A stretch of 64,000 nucleotides of DNA, taken from Candidatus Thorarchaeota archaeon. GTDB taxonomy: Archaea; Asgardarchaeota; Thorarchaeia; Thorarchaeales; Thorarchaeaceae. Location: contig JBHLRP010000002.1 in NCBI GenBank assembly GCA_048882485.1, positions 150,606 to 214,605 on the forward strand, in the 5' to 3' direction. Both the position numbers and the translations under genes were made by a program. The notes beneath the pieces are model-generated. The model had not been told where the DNA came from. It did no database searches and was given only the letters and a program-made list of their open reading frames with translations. Shown here piece by piece: positions 47,070-57,672 of this stretch. Within the stretch, counting starts at the first letter, position 1; each line of letters starts with the position of its first letter.

Positions 47070-48045
47070 TCCATATCACCTCTGGGTTCACAATATTCGG
47101 GGGTTTTTCACCTTGTAGGGCAGCTATCAAATTTCTTGCACAAACATCTGCCATCTTTGCTCGTGTGTCGATACTCGCACTCCCAATATGCGGGAGCAAA
47201 ACCACATTATCAAGATTGAGTAATCCGCTATTCATCGGAATCGGTTCATCCCTGAACACATCAAGCCCCGCGCCTGCAATCAATCCTGTTTCCAGCGCTT
47301 GAGTCAAGGCGTCCTCATCAATCACCGGGCCCCTTGATGTATTCACTAGGACTGCAGACGGCTTCATCATCCGCAACTCGTCCATCCCTATCATACATTG
47401 GGTATCATCCGTTAAGGGAACATGAACAGTAACAATGTCTGACTCACGGAGAAGCGTTTCTAAATCTGTTCTTGAAGCTTTCAAGTCAGCTTCAATCTCT
47501 TCATTTCTGGACCTCGAATGATATAGTATCTTCATCGAGAAGCCTGCAGCCCGTCGGGCTACCGCACTGCCTATTCGACCTGTTCCTATGATTCCTAGTG
47601 TCGATCCGTAAATATCGCTTCCAAGAAGCATTGTAGGATGCCATGCAACTCGCCAGTTACCATTTCTTACGTATCGATCAGCTTCCGGAACCCTCCGGCA
47701 AGCAGCAAGAATCAAAGCCCATGTTAGGTCTGCAGTGGTTTCTGTGAGAATTTCTGGTGTGTTGGTGACAGCTATATTCCTTTCAGTTGCAGCTTGAACG
47801 TCAATGTTGTCGTAGCCCACGGCATATTGCGCAATAACTCTAAGGCTTGGCAGCGAGTCCATCAGCTCAGCGTCTATTGGGTCTGAGAGGAGTGTGAGAA
47901 GTCCTCTGCAGCCTTGAGCACCCTTGATGATCTCCTTCTTTGACGGTGGATCAACATCTGCCCAAACATTGGTGTTAAAATTCGCCCTTATTTGCTGTAG
48001 GCCCTTCTCCGGAATTCTTCTGGTTACAAACACACGGTCCTTCAT
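47062..48045 (-). CDS. gyaR: glyoxylate/hydroxypyruvate reductase (D-2-hydroxyacid dehydrogenase)
   Basis: YAVGYDNID, GTGRIG, NTSRGPVID, GLDVF, PHIGSA. Confidence 0.85.
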   Translation of the reverse strand: MKDRVFVTRRIPEKGLQQIRANFNTNVWADVDPPSKKEIIKGAQGCRGLLTLLSDPIDAELMDSLPSLRVIAQYAVGYDNIDVQAATERNIAVTNTPEILTETTADLTWALILAACRRVPEADRYVRNGNWRVAWHPTMLLGSDIYGSTLGIIGTGRIGSAVARRAAGFSMKILYHSRSRNEEIEADLKASRTDLETLLRESDIVTVHVPLTDDTQCMIGMDELRMMKPSAVLVNTSRGPVIDEDALTQALETGLIAGAGLDVFRDEPIPMNSGLLNLDNVVLLPHIGSASIDTRAKMADVCARNLIAALQGEKPPNIVNPEVIWSE

Positions 48046-48279
48046 TTGGGATTACTCACTTTCTTCTTACAGCAGATGTGCTTCTGTCACAACCATCCTC
48101 CACTTGAATGCTCCCCTACAGTGCACTTTCTCCTTCGTTATCTTGTTGGAGTCGAAGCAAATCAAAATAGAGTAACTACTCAATAATGGGGCCCTCTGCC
48201 TTGACCTATTGTCTTATATTGTACTCAGAGAACATTAGTCAAGGAAGGCTATAGCCCGAAGAAGGGCCGGTGGTGAATA

Positions 48280-48546
48280 ATGTCCTTAGAGCTACCAAGA
48301 AGTGCAATTATAGTCCTAGACAAACTAACGCATGATGGTCCTCTGACCCCGAAAGATATCTCCACTAGGGTCGATCTTGCCCCAAGAACAGTCTCATTTG
48401 CCCTACGCAAGTTGATGGGGCAGAAACTTTGCAGAAAAATTCCAAATCTTCAGGATATGAGGCAGCCTCTCTATCTGGCTGATGCGGAGAGAGCCAGGGA
48501 ACTCCGAATGAAGTTCGAGCATGTCTTCCGTCAGGTTCTCATGTAA
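48280..48546 (+). CDS. small winged-helix (MarR/ArsR-like) regulator
   Basis: GPLTPKDIS..VDLAPRTVSFALRKL...PNLQDMR. Confidence 0.85.
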   Translation: MSLELPRSAIIVLDKLTHDGPLTPKDISTRVDLAPRTVSFALRKLMGQKLCRKIPNLQDMRQPLYLADAERARELRMKFEHVFRQVLM

Positions 48547-48661
48547 GAGTATGACCATGCGTACTCCGTTCTCATGTTTCTGAGTTTGATATTCGTCTTC
48601 AACGAAACCAATCAAGTAGAGTTAATAGTGAGAATAGAATTTCCAGCCTGGATGGATTGAC

Positions 48662-48847
48662 ATGGCGCATGAAGGAATTGCTTCTCTGCTAATCATCTTG
48701 GGGATAATCCTCATTATATCCTACCAACTCGGCCCTAGCAAAGAAGTGCGCGAGATAAAGCGTCTCGAGGCGAAAGCAATGACTCTGCCATCTGCAATTC
48801 TGCTCTTTGTTCTTGCGGCCATCCTGTTCAGTGGCATTCTTGGTTAA
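48662..48847 (+). CDS. small two-TM membrane protein
   Basis: Two hydrophobic helices around a charged loop. Confidence 0.55.
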   Translation: MAHEGIASLLIILGIILIISYQLGPSKEVREIKRLEAKAMTLPSAILLFVLAAILFSGILG

Positions 48848-49836
48848 GTCCTTCCAAACTCTATTGCGACAAGTTTGCAGAAGATTGCTGCTGATACGAA
48901 ATCAGCTGTTGTTCCTGGATTAAGGAGATTGCCTTCTCTCCTCAGTTCATCATCCAGATGTGTCATCAAATCATCAGTATCTTTTCCATTCATGCCATTG
49001 TTGACGATTTTCTCGGCTAGAACTCGGACCTCCTCAGCACGTTTGATTCCTGCTTTCTTTAGGATTAGTCCATCATGGTGCCTCGATAGCTGCCAGATGA
49101 AAGTTCTTACAATGCCTTCTTCAAGGTCTTCCAGACTCTCTGCAACTTCATCTAGATACGGGAACACTTTCCCTAGGATATCTTGATAATATTCAGACCA
49201 CTCTCGCGAAATCGGGTCGACATCCGCAGACATCTTGAAGAGATCATGTAGAGTCATGTTATCTTCTCTAATGTTGTCAAACACCTTTGGATTTTCGATG
49301 TCAAATCTGTCATGAACATCAGTCCATGTGGCATCTGCCTTGTTCAGTTGGCCTCCAGGATGTATTAGATGGAATGCTCTGTAGAGATCTACCGTATCTT
49401 CAGATGATGTTGCATTTAATATCACCTTGATCCAACGACTCATACTGTCTGTCGTGAACATGTCTGATTCTGCGATATTCGCTCCCGCTGCTATGACAAG
49501 AGGCACATGGAGAAGAACTGTCCCGAAAATGGTATTCCTCTGATTCAAACCTGAGAAGACATCTCGCGAACACTCGTATATGATGCTTCCAATCTTAACA
49601 TCTTCAGGACCAATTCGCCCCTCAGCCAATTCCTGACCTTTCGACGCAGCTATATGCAAGCCTCTTGATGCAAGTGAAGCGCTAGCCAGAAAGTGCCTGT
49701 ATCCTGTGTCTGAGAATCTTCGGAGCCGGCTCACATTTCCGGGCTTTGGAGAACTGACCTCCAATAGAATGGATAACTGACCAAGGCTCGCCAGTTTCCA
49801 GGGTATGATCGCTTTCAAAGTGAGAAGTCTGGACAT
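48844..49836 (-). CDS. citG: triphosphoribosyl-dephospho-CoA synthase-like (archaeal CitG)
   Basis: LEVSSPKPGNV, NTIFG, NPGTTAD. Confidence 0.85.
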   Translation of the reverse strand: MSRLLTLKAIIPWKLASLGQLSILLEVSSPKPGNVSRLRRFSDTGYRHFLASASLASRGLHIAASKGQELAEGRIGPEDVKIGSIIYECSRDVFSGLNQRNTIFGTVLLHVPLVIAAGANIAESDMFTTDSMSRWIKVILNATSSEDTVDLYRAFHLIHPGGQLNKADATWTDVHDRFDIENPKVFDNIREDNMTLHDLFKMSADVDPISREWSEYYQDILGKVFPYLDEVAESLEDLEEGIVRTFIWQLSRHHDGLILKKAGIKRAEEVRVLAEKIVNNGMNGKDTDDLMTHLDDELRREGNLLNPGTTADFVSAAIFCKLVAIEFGRT

Positions 49837-49912
49837 TTACCCTCGTTTAAGGAATTCGCATGCGGGAGAAAAGGCTTTTTTGTCGTCAATTTTCTGAACA
49901 AACTGAATCACG

Positions 49913-50251
49913 ATGAATGCGCCTATTCTGTCCGCTCGCCTGACCTTCTCACAGATTGGTCTGTTTATAGCTATAATCATCTACCTTGCTGTCAGAGGTT
50001 TCTTTGTGATACTCAATATTGGAATTCTATGGACCACGGTGGGTGGTTTTCTTGCAATTGCAATCCCTCCACTCTCAACCATCGTGATGGGATTCACTGC
50101 TTGCGTTATTGCCTATGGATATTCGTACTTAGGTCTCTGGCTAATGGATAAGAACCAACATCTCCTAGGATTGATAACGATTTTCATGGGAGTGATATTT
50201 CTACCGGGTCTCCTTGGGGCTTACTCTTATCTTGCATTCCCACCAGTCTAG
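49913..50251 (+). CDS. small membrane protein
   Basis: Three to four hydrophobic helices. Confidence 0.65.
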   Translation: MNAPILSARLTFSQIGLFIAIIIYLAVRGFFVILNIGILWTTVGGFLAIAIPPLSTIVMGFTACVIAYGYSYLGLWLMDKNQHLLGLITIFMGVIFLPGLLGAYSYLAFPPV

Positions 50252-50994
50252 AAATTGGTGATTGCAGGTACAATATCGGATGCCCTGCCTCGAAGTACTA
50301 GGTCGGCCATGTGATCTTTATTCGTACCTGTCAGATTGATGATTATGATCTTTGCTCCTTCATTCTTAGCCAATTGTGGAAGAAACGCAACTGGGAAGAC
50401 TGTCAGGCTTGCACCGATGACTAGCATCAAGTCCGCAGAGCGGCACATTTCTATTGCCTCTTGCATTGGAGTTTCTGGAAGGGGCTCACCAAACAGGATT
50501 GCTTCAGACTTCAGGATTCCACCACATTGGTCGCATATTGGCGGAATCTCGCCTTCCGCCACACGTCGATGAATGTCTTCGCCAATGTATTGCATTGAAC
50601 AGTTCATGCAATACGCGCGTAGATAATTGCCATGTAGCTCTATGACTTTCTTGCTTCCTGCTGACTGATGTAAGTTGTCGATGTTCGATGTGATTATACC
50701 ACTAAGCTTGCCAGTTTCTTCTAGTTTTGCAAGTCCTTTGTGGGCGGCATTGGGCTCCGCCTTTAGAATTACCTCAGCAAGTTCTTGTCCCATCTGCCAG
50801 AATTTCTCAGGATTCCTTAGGAATGACTCATAGGTGGCATATTCGTGAGGGTCGTATCTTTCCCAGAGCCCACCCTCTGAGCGGAAATCTGGGATTCCTG
50901 AATCAACACTGATCCCCGCACCGGTAAGTGCAACAATGCGTTCTCCCTTTTTGATATAATCAATTGCTTGTCTGAGGTCTTCCTCGCTTGCCAT
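50248..50994 (-). CDS. cobB: NAD-dependent protein deacylase (sirtuin)
   Basis: GAGISVDSGIPDFR, NIDNLH, HG, CxxC...CxxC, GASL. Confidence 0.92.
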   Translation of the reverse strand: MASEEDLRQAIDYIKKGERIVALTGAGISVDSGIPDFRSEGGLWERYDPHEYATYESFLRNPEKFWQMGQELAEVILKAEPNAAHKGLAKLEETGKLSGIITSNIDNLHQSAGSKKVIELHGNYLRAYCMNCSMQYIGEDIHRRVAEGEIPPICDQCGGILKSEAILFGEPLPETPMQEAIEMCRSADLMLVIGASLTVFPVAFLPQLAKNEGAKIIIINLTGTNKDHMADLVLRGRASDIVPAITNF

Positions 50995-51167
50995 GTCAGT
51001 TTCTCCAATCTCTTACCTAAAAGGCGTTTTCGGTCAGTTCGAAAAGTTTTTCTTTGAAGATAGAAAGACCGCCGACAGCCGGGGTGAGGTGTAGACGATT
51101 CTATCTATTCCCTCAAGGTTTGAAACCCCACAGGCATCTGATTACGTCAAGGAGAAGCAATTGATAG

Positions 51168-51791
51168 GTGGAACTGCCAAGAATGCAGGACGAGCGTGAA
51201 GATGAGTCAATAGAGGTTGATATGACCACTGAAGACGAAAATGAGGACTTTGAGCTAATTCCTACGTCAGAGGCTGATGAGATTGAGCGAGCGAGTCTGA
51301 AATCGGAGGAGCTTCTAGACAAATTTCAGCGTTTGCAGGCTGAATTTGACAATTACCGCAAGCGGATGGAGAGCCGCTTTAGTGAGGCTGCGAAATTCGC
51401 TTCTGAAGGGATCCTACTAAAAGTTCTTGAGGTCTATGATAATCTTGAACGAGCGCTCGAAGTGGACTTCTCTAAGAATCCCAATGCCGCAAAGGAAGGT
51501 GTTAGCGCAATAGAGAAGCAAGTCAGGAACATACTGGAAAAGGAAGGTGTTAAGCCCAAAGAATCCATGGGAATGCCTTTTGATCCCTACTATCAACATG
51601 CTGTGGGGACTATGGACGACGCTGACAGGCCTGATGGCCTCGTTGTAGATGTATTCCAGAAAGGATACATGCTTAAGGAGAAAGTGCTGAGGCCCGCGCT
51701 AGTTGTTGTGAACCGGCATGAAATCCCTCTAGAATCTGAGGGTCAAGATAAAACGGATGATGAAGAATCAGAAGCTGAAGGTGATGAATGA
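51168..51791 (+). CDS. grpE: nucleotide exchange factor GrpE
   Basis: [31 protein letters not shown]; start 51168 or ATG 51183. Confidence 0.95.
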   Translation: MELPRMQDEREDESIEVDMTTEDENEDFELIPTSEADEIERASLKSEELLDKFQRLQAEFDNYRKRMESRFSEAAKFASEGILLKVLEVYDNLERALEVDFSKNPNAAKEGVSAIEKQVRNILEKEGVKPKESMGMPFDPYYQHAVGTMDDADRPDGLVVDVFQKGYMLKEKVLRPALVVVNRHEIPLESEGQDKTDDEESEAEGDE

Positions 51792-53653
51792 TGACAAAAG
51801 TTGTTGGAATTGATCTTGGAACGACAAACAGTGGCATTGCATATATGGAGGCAGGAAAGCCAACCATTATTCCAAATGCAGAGGGAGGTCGATTGACTCC
51901 TTCAGTTGTAGGGATTACCCCGAAAGGTGAGATTGTAGTAGGCGAGCTTGCAAAGCGCCAGTCTGTTTCTATGCCAGAACGTACAGTGCGATCCATCAAG
52001 CGTAAAATGGGACAAGACTACAAGGTCAAGATTGGCGACAAGGAGTATTCCCCTCAAGAAATCTCGGCCATGATTCTCACAAAGATGAAGAAGGATGCTG
52101 AAGCATTCCTTGGCGAGTCTATTCAGCGAGCTGTAATTACAGTCCCAGCCTATTTCAATGACAGTCAGAGACAAGCCACAAAGGACGCTGGTAGAATAGC
52201 AGGACTTGAGGTACTTCGTATTGTTAATGAACCAACAGCATCCGCGTTGGCTTATAATCTCGACAAAGGCGAAGAAATCAACGTTCTTGTATATGACTTG
52301 GGGGGCGGCACTTTTGATGTATCCATTCTTGACATCGGAGAGGATGTTTACAAGGTGCTTTCAACCAGCGGAAACACCCAACTTGGCGGTGACGACTGGG
52401 ACAAGCGCATAATTGATTGGGCCGTTGAAGACTTCAACAAGAAAACTGGTATGGATATTACAAAGGACCTCTCTGCAATGCAGAGAATAAGGGACGCAGC
52501 CGAACAAGCAAAGATTGAGCTGTCTACTGTCAAAAAGACAACGATTAACTTGCCCTATATCACAGCTGATCAGAGTGGCCCGAAGCATATTGACACAGAA
52601 ATAACTCGGTCGCAATTTGAGAAGATGACTGATGATTTAGTGCAGGCTACCATTGGTCCTATCCGTCAAGCCCTGTCAGATGCAAAGATGGAAGCTGAGC
52701 AAGTTAACAAGATTCTACTTGTTGGCGGCGCAACTCGAATGCCAATGATTCAGGAAGCCGTACGTGCAATTTTCGGGAAGGAAGGCGATAAGAGTATCAA
52801 TCCGGACGAGGTTGTCGCACTAGGGGCTGGAGCACAGGCTGGTGTCATTTCTGGTGAAACTGATATCCTCCTTCTTGATGTTACTCCACTTACGCTTAGC
52901 ATTGAAACTCTAGGAGGTGTGGCTACTCCTCTTATCGAAAGAAACACCACAATCCCCACAAGGAAGAGCAAGAAATTTACCACAGCTGCCCACAACCAGC
53001 CTGCCGTTGATATCCATGTTACACAAGGAGAGCGCCCTATGTCGAAAGACAACATGACGCTAGGTCGGTTTCAGCTTGTTGGCATTCCTCCTGCGCCACG
53101 CGGCATTCCTCAGATTGAAGTGACATTTGATATCAATGCTGATGGAATTGTACAAGTCACAGCAAAAGACTTGGCAACAGGTAACGAGCAGTCTATAGAG
53201 ATCACAGCGACAACCAACCTCTCTGAAGATGATGTGAGCCGCATGGTAAAAGAGGCTGAACAATACGCAGAAGAAGATGCCAAACGTAAGGCACAGGCAG
53301 ATACTCTGAATGCAGCTGACCAGATTATATGGCAAGGTGAGAAACTGGTTAGAGACCTCGGAGACAAAGTCCCTGAAGACTTAAAGAAGGAACTGGAGTC
53401 CAAATCAGAAGACCTCAGAAAAGCTATTGAATCTGAGGACTATGGCAAGATGAAGTCTGGTACCGAGGAAGTGCAACAGGTACTATACAAGATTTCAGAG
53501 AAGGTCTATGGACAACAGGGGCCCGGAGCAACGGGATTCGATCCGAGCCAGATGGGAGCGGCCTTCGGCCAGCAGCCAGCTGGTGAAACTACTGAAAAGA
53601 CTGAAGATGACGCAGAAGATGTCGTCGATGTAGACTTCGAGGATCTCGATTAA
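51788..53653 (+). CDS. dnaK: chaperone DnaK (Hsp70)
   Basis: [32 protein letters not shown]. Confidence 0.98.
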   Translation: MMTKVVGIDLGTTNSGIAYMEAGKPTIIPNAEGGRLTPSVVGITPKGEIVVGELAKRQSVSMPERTVRSIKRKMGQDYKVKIGDKEYSPQEISAMILTKMKKDAEAFLGESIQRAVITVPAYFNDSQRQATKDAGRIAGLEVLRIVNEPTASALAYNLDKGEEINVLVYDLGGGTFDVSILDIGEDVYKVLSTSGNTQLGGDDWDKRIIDWAVEDFNKKTGMDITKDLSAMQRIRDAAEQAKIELSTVKKTTINLPYITADQSGPKHIDTEITRSQFEKMTDDLVQATIGPIRQALSDAKMEAEQVNKILLVGGATRMPMIQEAVRAIFGKEGDKSINPDEVVALGAGAQAGVISGETDILLLDVTPLTLSIETLGGVATPLIERNTTIPTRKSKKFTTAAHNQPAVDIHVTQGERPMSKDNMTLGRFQLVGIPPAPRGIPQIEVTFDINADGIVQVTAKDLATGNEQSIEITATTNLSEDDVSRMVKEAEQYAEEDAKRKAQADTLNAADQIIWQGEKLVRDLGDKVPEDLKKELESKSEDLRKAIESEDYGKMKSGTEEVQQVLYKISEKVYGQQGPGATGFDPSQMGAAFGQQPAGETTEKTEDDAEDVVDVDFEDLD

Positions 53654-53674
53654 CATCAATAATGGTGGTACTAC

Positions 53675-54715
53675 TTGGCTTCAGATGACCTATATGAGCG
53701 TCTTGGTGTGAGCAGGAGTGCCACTCAGGATGAAATCAAGAAGGCATATCGTAGCCTCGCCAAGAAGTATCATCCTGATAGGAATCCTGGTAATGCCAAA
53801 GCAGAAGACATCTTGAAAGGCATAAACGAGGCGTATGAAGTCCTAAGCGATCCAGAGAAGAGAGCCAATTACGACAGATATGGCACTGCTGACTTTCAAG
53901 GCATCGACATGGGCGGCTTTGGTGATATCTTTGGTGACCTATTCAGAGGATTTGGCTTCGGCGACTTTGGCATGGGTAGACGAGGGCGTGCCGGCCCTCC
54001 TCCTGGTCAGACACTCAGACTCACAATCCCCCTCACTTTTGAAGAAGCTTTCTTTGGGGTTGAGAAAGAGATAGCATTCAACAGACAGATTCACTGTGAG
54101 ACCTGCGGAGGCAGTGGTGCCAATCCTGGTTCCTCACCTAGGACATGCTCTTCTTGTAGAGGACGAGGGCAGGTAATGCGTTCCATGGGTGGGTTCATGA
54201 CGGTTTCCCAGACTTGTCCCACATGCGGTGGCCAAGGTGAAGTGATAGACTCACCATGCTCTAGTTGTCGCGGTTCCGGGCTTCAAAAGGACAGGCGTGA
54301 GATCAAGATTCCTATTCCTCCCGGAGTAGAGGACGGGCAAGGTATTAGGATTCAGGGAGGAGGTAGTGCTGGACAAAGAGGCGGACCCCTTGGAGACCTC
54401 ATCCTAATGTTTACAGTTGAGCCTCATGAGATTTTTGTTAGGAGGGGTCTCCATGTCTACATGGAAACTGAGATTCCATTCTCGCTTGCTGTTATGGGTG
54501 GAGAAATGGATGTGCCGACCATGCGCGGTTTGAGCAAGATGAAGATACGCAAGGGAACAAGGGGCGGCACAGTCCTTAGGATGAAGGGCAAGGGTGTACA
54601 AACTGAGGAGGGTCGCCTAGGTGACCAACTGGTGAGGGTTTCGATAAAGATACCGAAGAAGCTCTCGAAAGAACAGAAAGAGTACCTGAAGAAGTTTGAT
54701 GACATCTTTGACTAG
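53675..54715 (+). CDS. dnaJ: chaperone DnaJ
   Basis: HPD J-domain, G/F region, four CxxCxGxG. Confidence 0.97.
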   Translation: MASDDLYERLGVSRSATQDEIKKAYRSLAKKYHPDRNPGNAKAEDILKGINEAYEVLSDPEKRANYDRYGTADFQGIDMGGFGDIFGDLFRGFGFGDFGMGRRGRAGPPPGQTLRLTIPLTFEEAFFGVEKEIAFNRQIHCETCGGSGANPGSSPRTCSSCRGRGQVMRSMGGFMTVSQTCPTCGGQGEVIDSPCSSCRGSGLQKDRREIKIPIPPGVEDGQGIRIQGGGSAGQRGGPLGDLILMFTVEPHEIFVRRGLHVYMETEIPFSLAVMGGEMDVPTMRGLSKMKIRKGTRGGTVLRMKGKGVQTEEGRLGDQLVRVSIKIPKKLSKEQKEYLKKFDDIFD

Positions 54716-55293
54716 AACTTCAACGGTTTGCATATGCATGCCTTCATCTTCAATTCTGGGAATCTATTTGTGTTTGCTGGAGTGACAAGCCACGCTGTAT
54801 CTGCGCCAAATCCAGTACCAGCAATGCAGACTACATCCTCATTAACTCTAACAAGGCCTGCATCAGCTGTCATCATTGCTATCTCTGCGCAGACCTTGGT
54901 GCCTTCGCAGAAAGTTCGATACGCGATAGCCATCATTTCGGTTGGTGTCCATGTTCCAACATCCTTTCTGATTCCTCTAGCAACTCCTGCGAACGCATGA
55001 GTCGTGGTGAGGAGTTTGGCTCCGCTTTTCTCAATAGACATTCTTTCGGATTCGTCAAGTTCGTTCTCATTAGGAGCTGAGAATCCGGTGTGATGAGATA
55101 CAACAATGACATCATGCTTGGAGAACCTTTTAGCTGCGGCCGCCCCAGTAGTGCCACTTGTTGTTGCCACAACTACTTTCCTGATTTCTTCGTGTTCGCT
55201 AAGGAATCCTTCAACAACTTCGAATACTGCATTTGTGTGTTCTGATGATGCCTCATCAAAGTACAATGTCTTGATAGTCATGTTCTGGTCCAT
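54712..55293 (-). CDS. pyruvate kinase alpha/beta domain protein (MTH1675-like)
   Basis: VVVATTSGTT, GTKVCAEIAMMTADAG, AGTGFGADTA. Confidence 0.85.
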   Translation of the reverse strand: MDQNMTIKTLYFDEASSEHTNAVFEVVEGFLSEHEEIRKVVVATTSGTTGAAAAKRFSKHDVIVVSHHTGFSAPNENELDESERMSIEKSGAKLLTTTHAFAGVARGIRKDVGTWTPTEMMAIAYRTFCEGTKVCAEIAMMTADAGLVRVNEDVVCIAGTGFGADTAWLVTPANTNRFPELKMKACICKPLKF

Positions 55294-55318
55294 GGCTTCA
55301 GAGACTCTTTAGGATTGC

Positions 55319-55789
55319 CTATTTCCTTTCAAGAAATCCAAACGGTGATGATTCTCCGGCTTGCCATGCTCTGACATACCATTCAGCGATTACAAAGACT
55401 AGGAGAACTGCCAATGTGAAACCAAAATCCATTTCTCCACCAGTGTAGAAGGCAACAAGTGCAGCCGCTATGATTACTACTATCACCGCAAAAACGAGCC
55501 TTCCAAGGACATACATGCCCTTCGATCGCTTTTCATCTAGTACCTCTTCCTTTGGTCCTGACTGCAGTTGCTCCTCAGCAATGTCCTCAGGTTCTCCCAA
55601 GTCCTCCAATATCTCTTTAACGAGCTCCATAGGGCTCTCCGATGGACGTGCGTCCATCTTGGAGGCAAATGACTGAAGGATGTGCTCTCTTAGATCTTCG
55701 ATAAGGTCCTCTGTTTCAAAGCCTGGAGGTAGCAATTGCTCAATCCTCTTCAGATACTCTTTGATAGCTTCCTCTGCTTCTTTGTTCAT
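55319..55789 (-). CDS. HAAS/DUF1700-like membrane protein (PadR partner)
   Basis: YLKRIE..LP...IEDLREHI...LGEPEDIA plus two TM. Confidence 0.8.
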   Translation of the reverse strand: MNKEAEEAIKEYLKRIEQLLPPGFETEDLIEDLREHILQSFASKMDARPSESPMELVKEILEDLGEPEDIAEEQLQSGPKEEVLDEKRSKGMYVLGRLVFAVIVVIIAAALVAFYTGGEMDFGFTLAVLLVFVIAEWYVRAWQAGESSPFGFLERK

Positions 55790-56145
55790 TTCAATTCCTC
55801 CAGTTTTTCAAAGATATCTCCCAGAATTGTGGACAGCCGCCTGTAGACTCTATCACCCTCACCAGTTAGGACATAGACCTTTCTTCTCGGGCCTGAATCT
55901 GATGGCTCAATTCTATCATTGAGTAGACGCTCTCGCTTAAGACGATGTAGAATTGGATAGAGGGTTCCCTCCTTCACTTCAAGAAGTCCATCGGTGCGCT
56001 CTTCTAGCTCACGCACAATTCCATATCCATGGATGCCTTCTTCATGGCGCTTGACGATGGCTAGGACTGCGTATTGGAGAAGACCTCTTCTGATCTCCAC
56101 CTTCCAAGTGTCCTCAAAGCTGAGATTTCTCTTCGACAAGCCCAA
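55786..56145 (-). CDS. PadR family transcriptional regulator
   Basis: HGYGI, EGTLYPILHRL, GPRRKVYVLTGEG. Confidence 0.92.
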   Translation of the reverse strand: MGLSKRNLSFEDTWKVEIRRGLLQYAVLAIVKRHEEGIHGYGIVRELEERTDGLLEVKEGTLYPILHRLKRERLLNDRIEPSDSGPRRKVYVLTGEGDRVYRRLSTILGDIFEKLEELK

Positions 56146-56200
56146 GCCTCACTGGCAGTGTCAAGCAAATTCTGTCCTCATGTCCTTAAGTATGTCTGTT

Positions 56201-57580
56201 TCAACCAAGGTCTCTATCAAATCTTCGACGAAGAATCCATGCCCTGATTTCCATCCTCATATTGGAGGAATACTCTCGGGGCTCACGCAAGAAGATGTAG
56301 AAAGACGACGAAAGGAGCCGTGCGACTCCACTTAATAGAAGCATGGTGAAGACAGCGAAATATCGGCTGGTTCCTATTGATATCCAATCACCCATAATCC
56401 CACTGAAAAGAGACCCACAGAAGTACACTATTCCGGACAGGGTGTTGAAAACTGCTAGATGTGAGCCTCTCTCTTCCTCAGGAGCGACGTCATATATGTA
56501 TGCAGTGATTGAGTTGAAGCTAGACGCTATTGAAAAGCCAGCTAATGCATTTGCAATATAGATAACATATACATTCGATGCAAATGCGTAGAGAATTGGC
56601 ACTAGGAAGAGCATAGTCCTCCCTATCAATATGAGAGGCTTCCTTCCAATTCTATCGCTCAGCTGACCCATTGGCATTGTGAATACAACTGTGGTGGCTG
56701 ACATGACCACAGAAGCTATTGCTATCTCCAGATTCGAATTGCCTAGCCATTCACGTTGTACAACCATGAAGTATGGCCAAGCAACAGACATTGAGAACGA
56801 GAATAAAATCGAGATTATCCAGAGTCTTCTGAAGTCCCCCGGCTGCGTAGCTATCTTCAGAAGATTCGGAAATCTAGCCTCTCCCTCTTTCTCACGTTTT
56901 CCTTCTTTAATCATGAGTGCGGCAATCGATGACAGAATGCCAACAATCGCAGTAAGATAGAATGGTAGGTAATACGCTTCTCTCCACGATTCAACAGCGG
57001 GGAATAGGATCAGGCTAAAATCTCCGAATGCCTCCCGGACAATTGAAATAAGAAAAGGAAACCCAGCGATAAATCCCGATAGAAGCGTAGCACACAAGGA
57101 GGCCACATTGACAACCACGCCCAGTCGACCTAGTTCGGTGCCTCGATTCTTCTCTTCCATAAGCCCTCCTAGAAGAGATTGCCAGGTGGGAATCTGCATG
57201 CTGAATAGAATTGATTGGATTCCATAGAGCGCAATCATCTCAATGGGTGATCTAGCCCAGAGAAACATTAGCACCATAATCATGCCTGTGAAGGTGCCAA
57301 ATGCTACAAACGCTTTTGCTCTATGAATTCTATCAGATAGAGCCCCCCAAGCAGGTTGAAGGGCGGTTGGAGCCGCATTTCCAATACTTCGGAAGAGTCC
57401 AAGCTGTCCCAGAGTTGCACCCATATCAATCATGTATACTTGTAGAAACGGCTGATACATTCCAACTGCAAACTGTGTTAATGCGCCAACAGTATAGACC
57501 TTTGGCGGAAGTTTCTTCTCAGGCAAGTGCGCTTCCACCACATCTTCCATTGCTTCACACCTTGGAGAGTCTGAAGCCAT
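56201..57580 (-). CDS. MFS transporter
   Basis: GALSDRI, GQLSDRIGRK; about 12 TM. Confidence 0.9.
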   Translation of the reverse strand: MASDSPRCEAMEDVVEAHLPEKKLPPKVYTVGALTQFAVGMYQPFLQVYMIDMGATLGQLGLFRSIGNAAPTALQPAWGALSDRIHRAKAFVAFGTFTGMIMVLMFLWARSPIEMIALYGIQSILFSMQIPTWQSLLGGLMEEKNRGTELGRLGVVVNVASLCATLLSGFIAGFPFLISIVREAFGDFSLILFPAVESWREAYYLPFYLTAIVGILSSIAALMIKEGKREKEGEARFPNLLKIATQPGDFRRLWIISILFSFSMSVAWPYFMVVQREWLGNSNLEIAIASVVMSATTVVFTMPMGQLSDRIGRKPLILIGRTMLFLVPILYAFASNVYVIYIANALAGFSIASSFNSITAYIYDVAPEEERGSHLAVFNTLSGIVYFCGSLFSGIMGDWISIGTSRYFAVFTMLLLSGVARLLSSSFYIFLREPREYSSNMRMEIRAWILRRRFDRDLG

Positions 57581-57672
57581 GTGCCTTACATTTAACTCTA
57601 ATTCTAATGACCAAGACCGTCATCGTTAATACCCCTCGTGGATGTTCACTTCTCAGTTGTGGGCGTCCAAAA

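Noticed and set aside
57301-57672. N-terminal extension of the M24 peptidase ORF
   Set aside because: It overlaps the MFS gene on the opposite strand; the family-like sequence begins at ATG 57673
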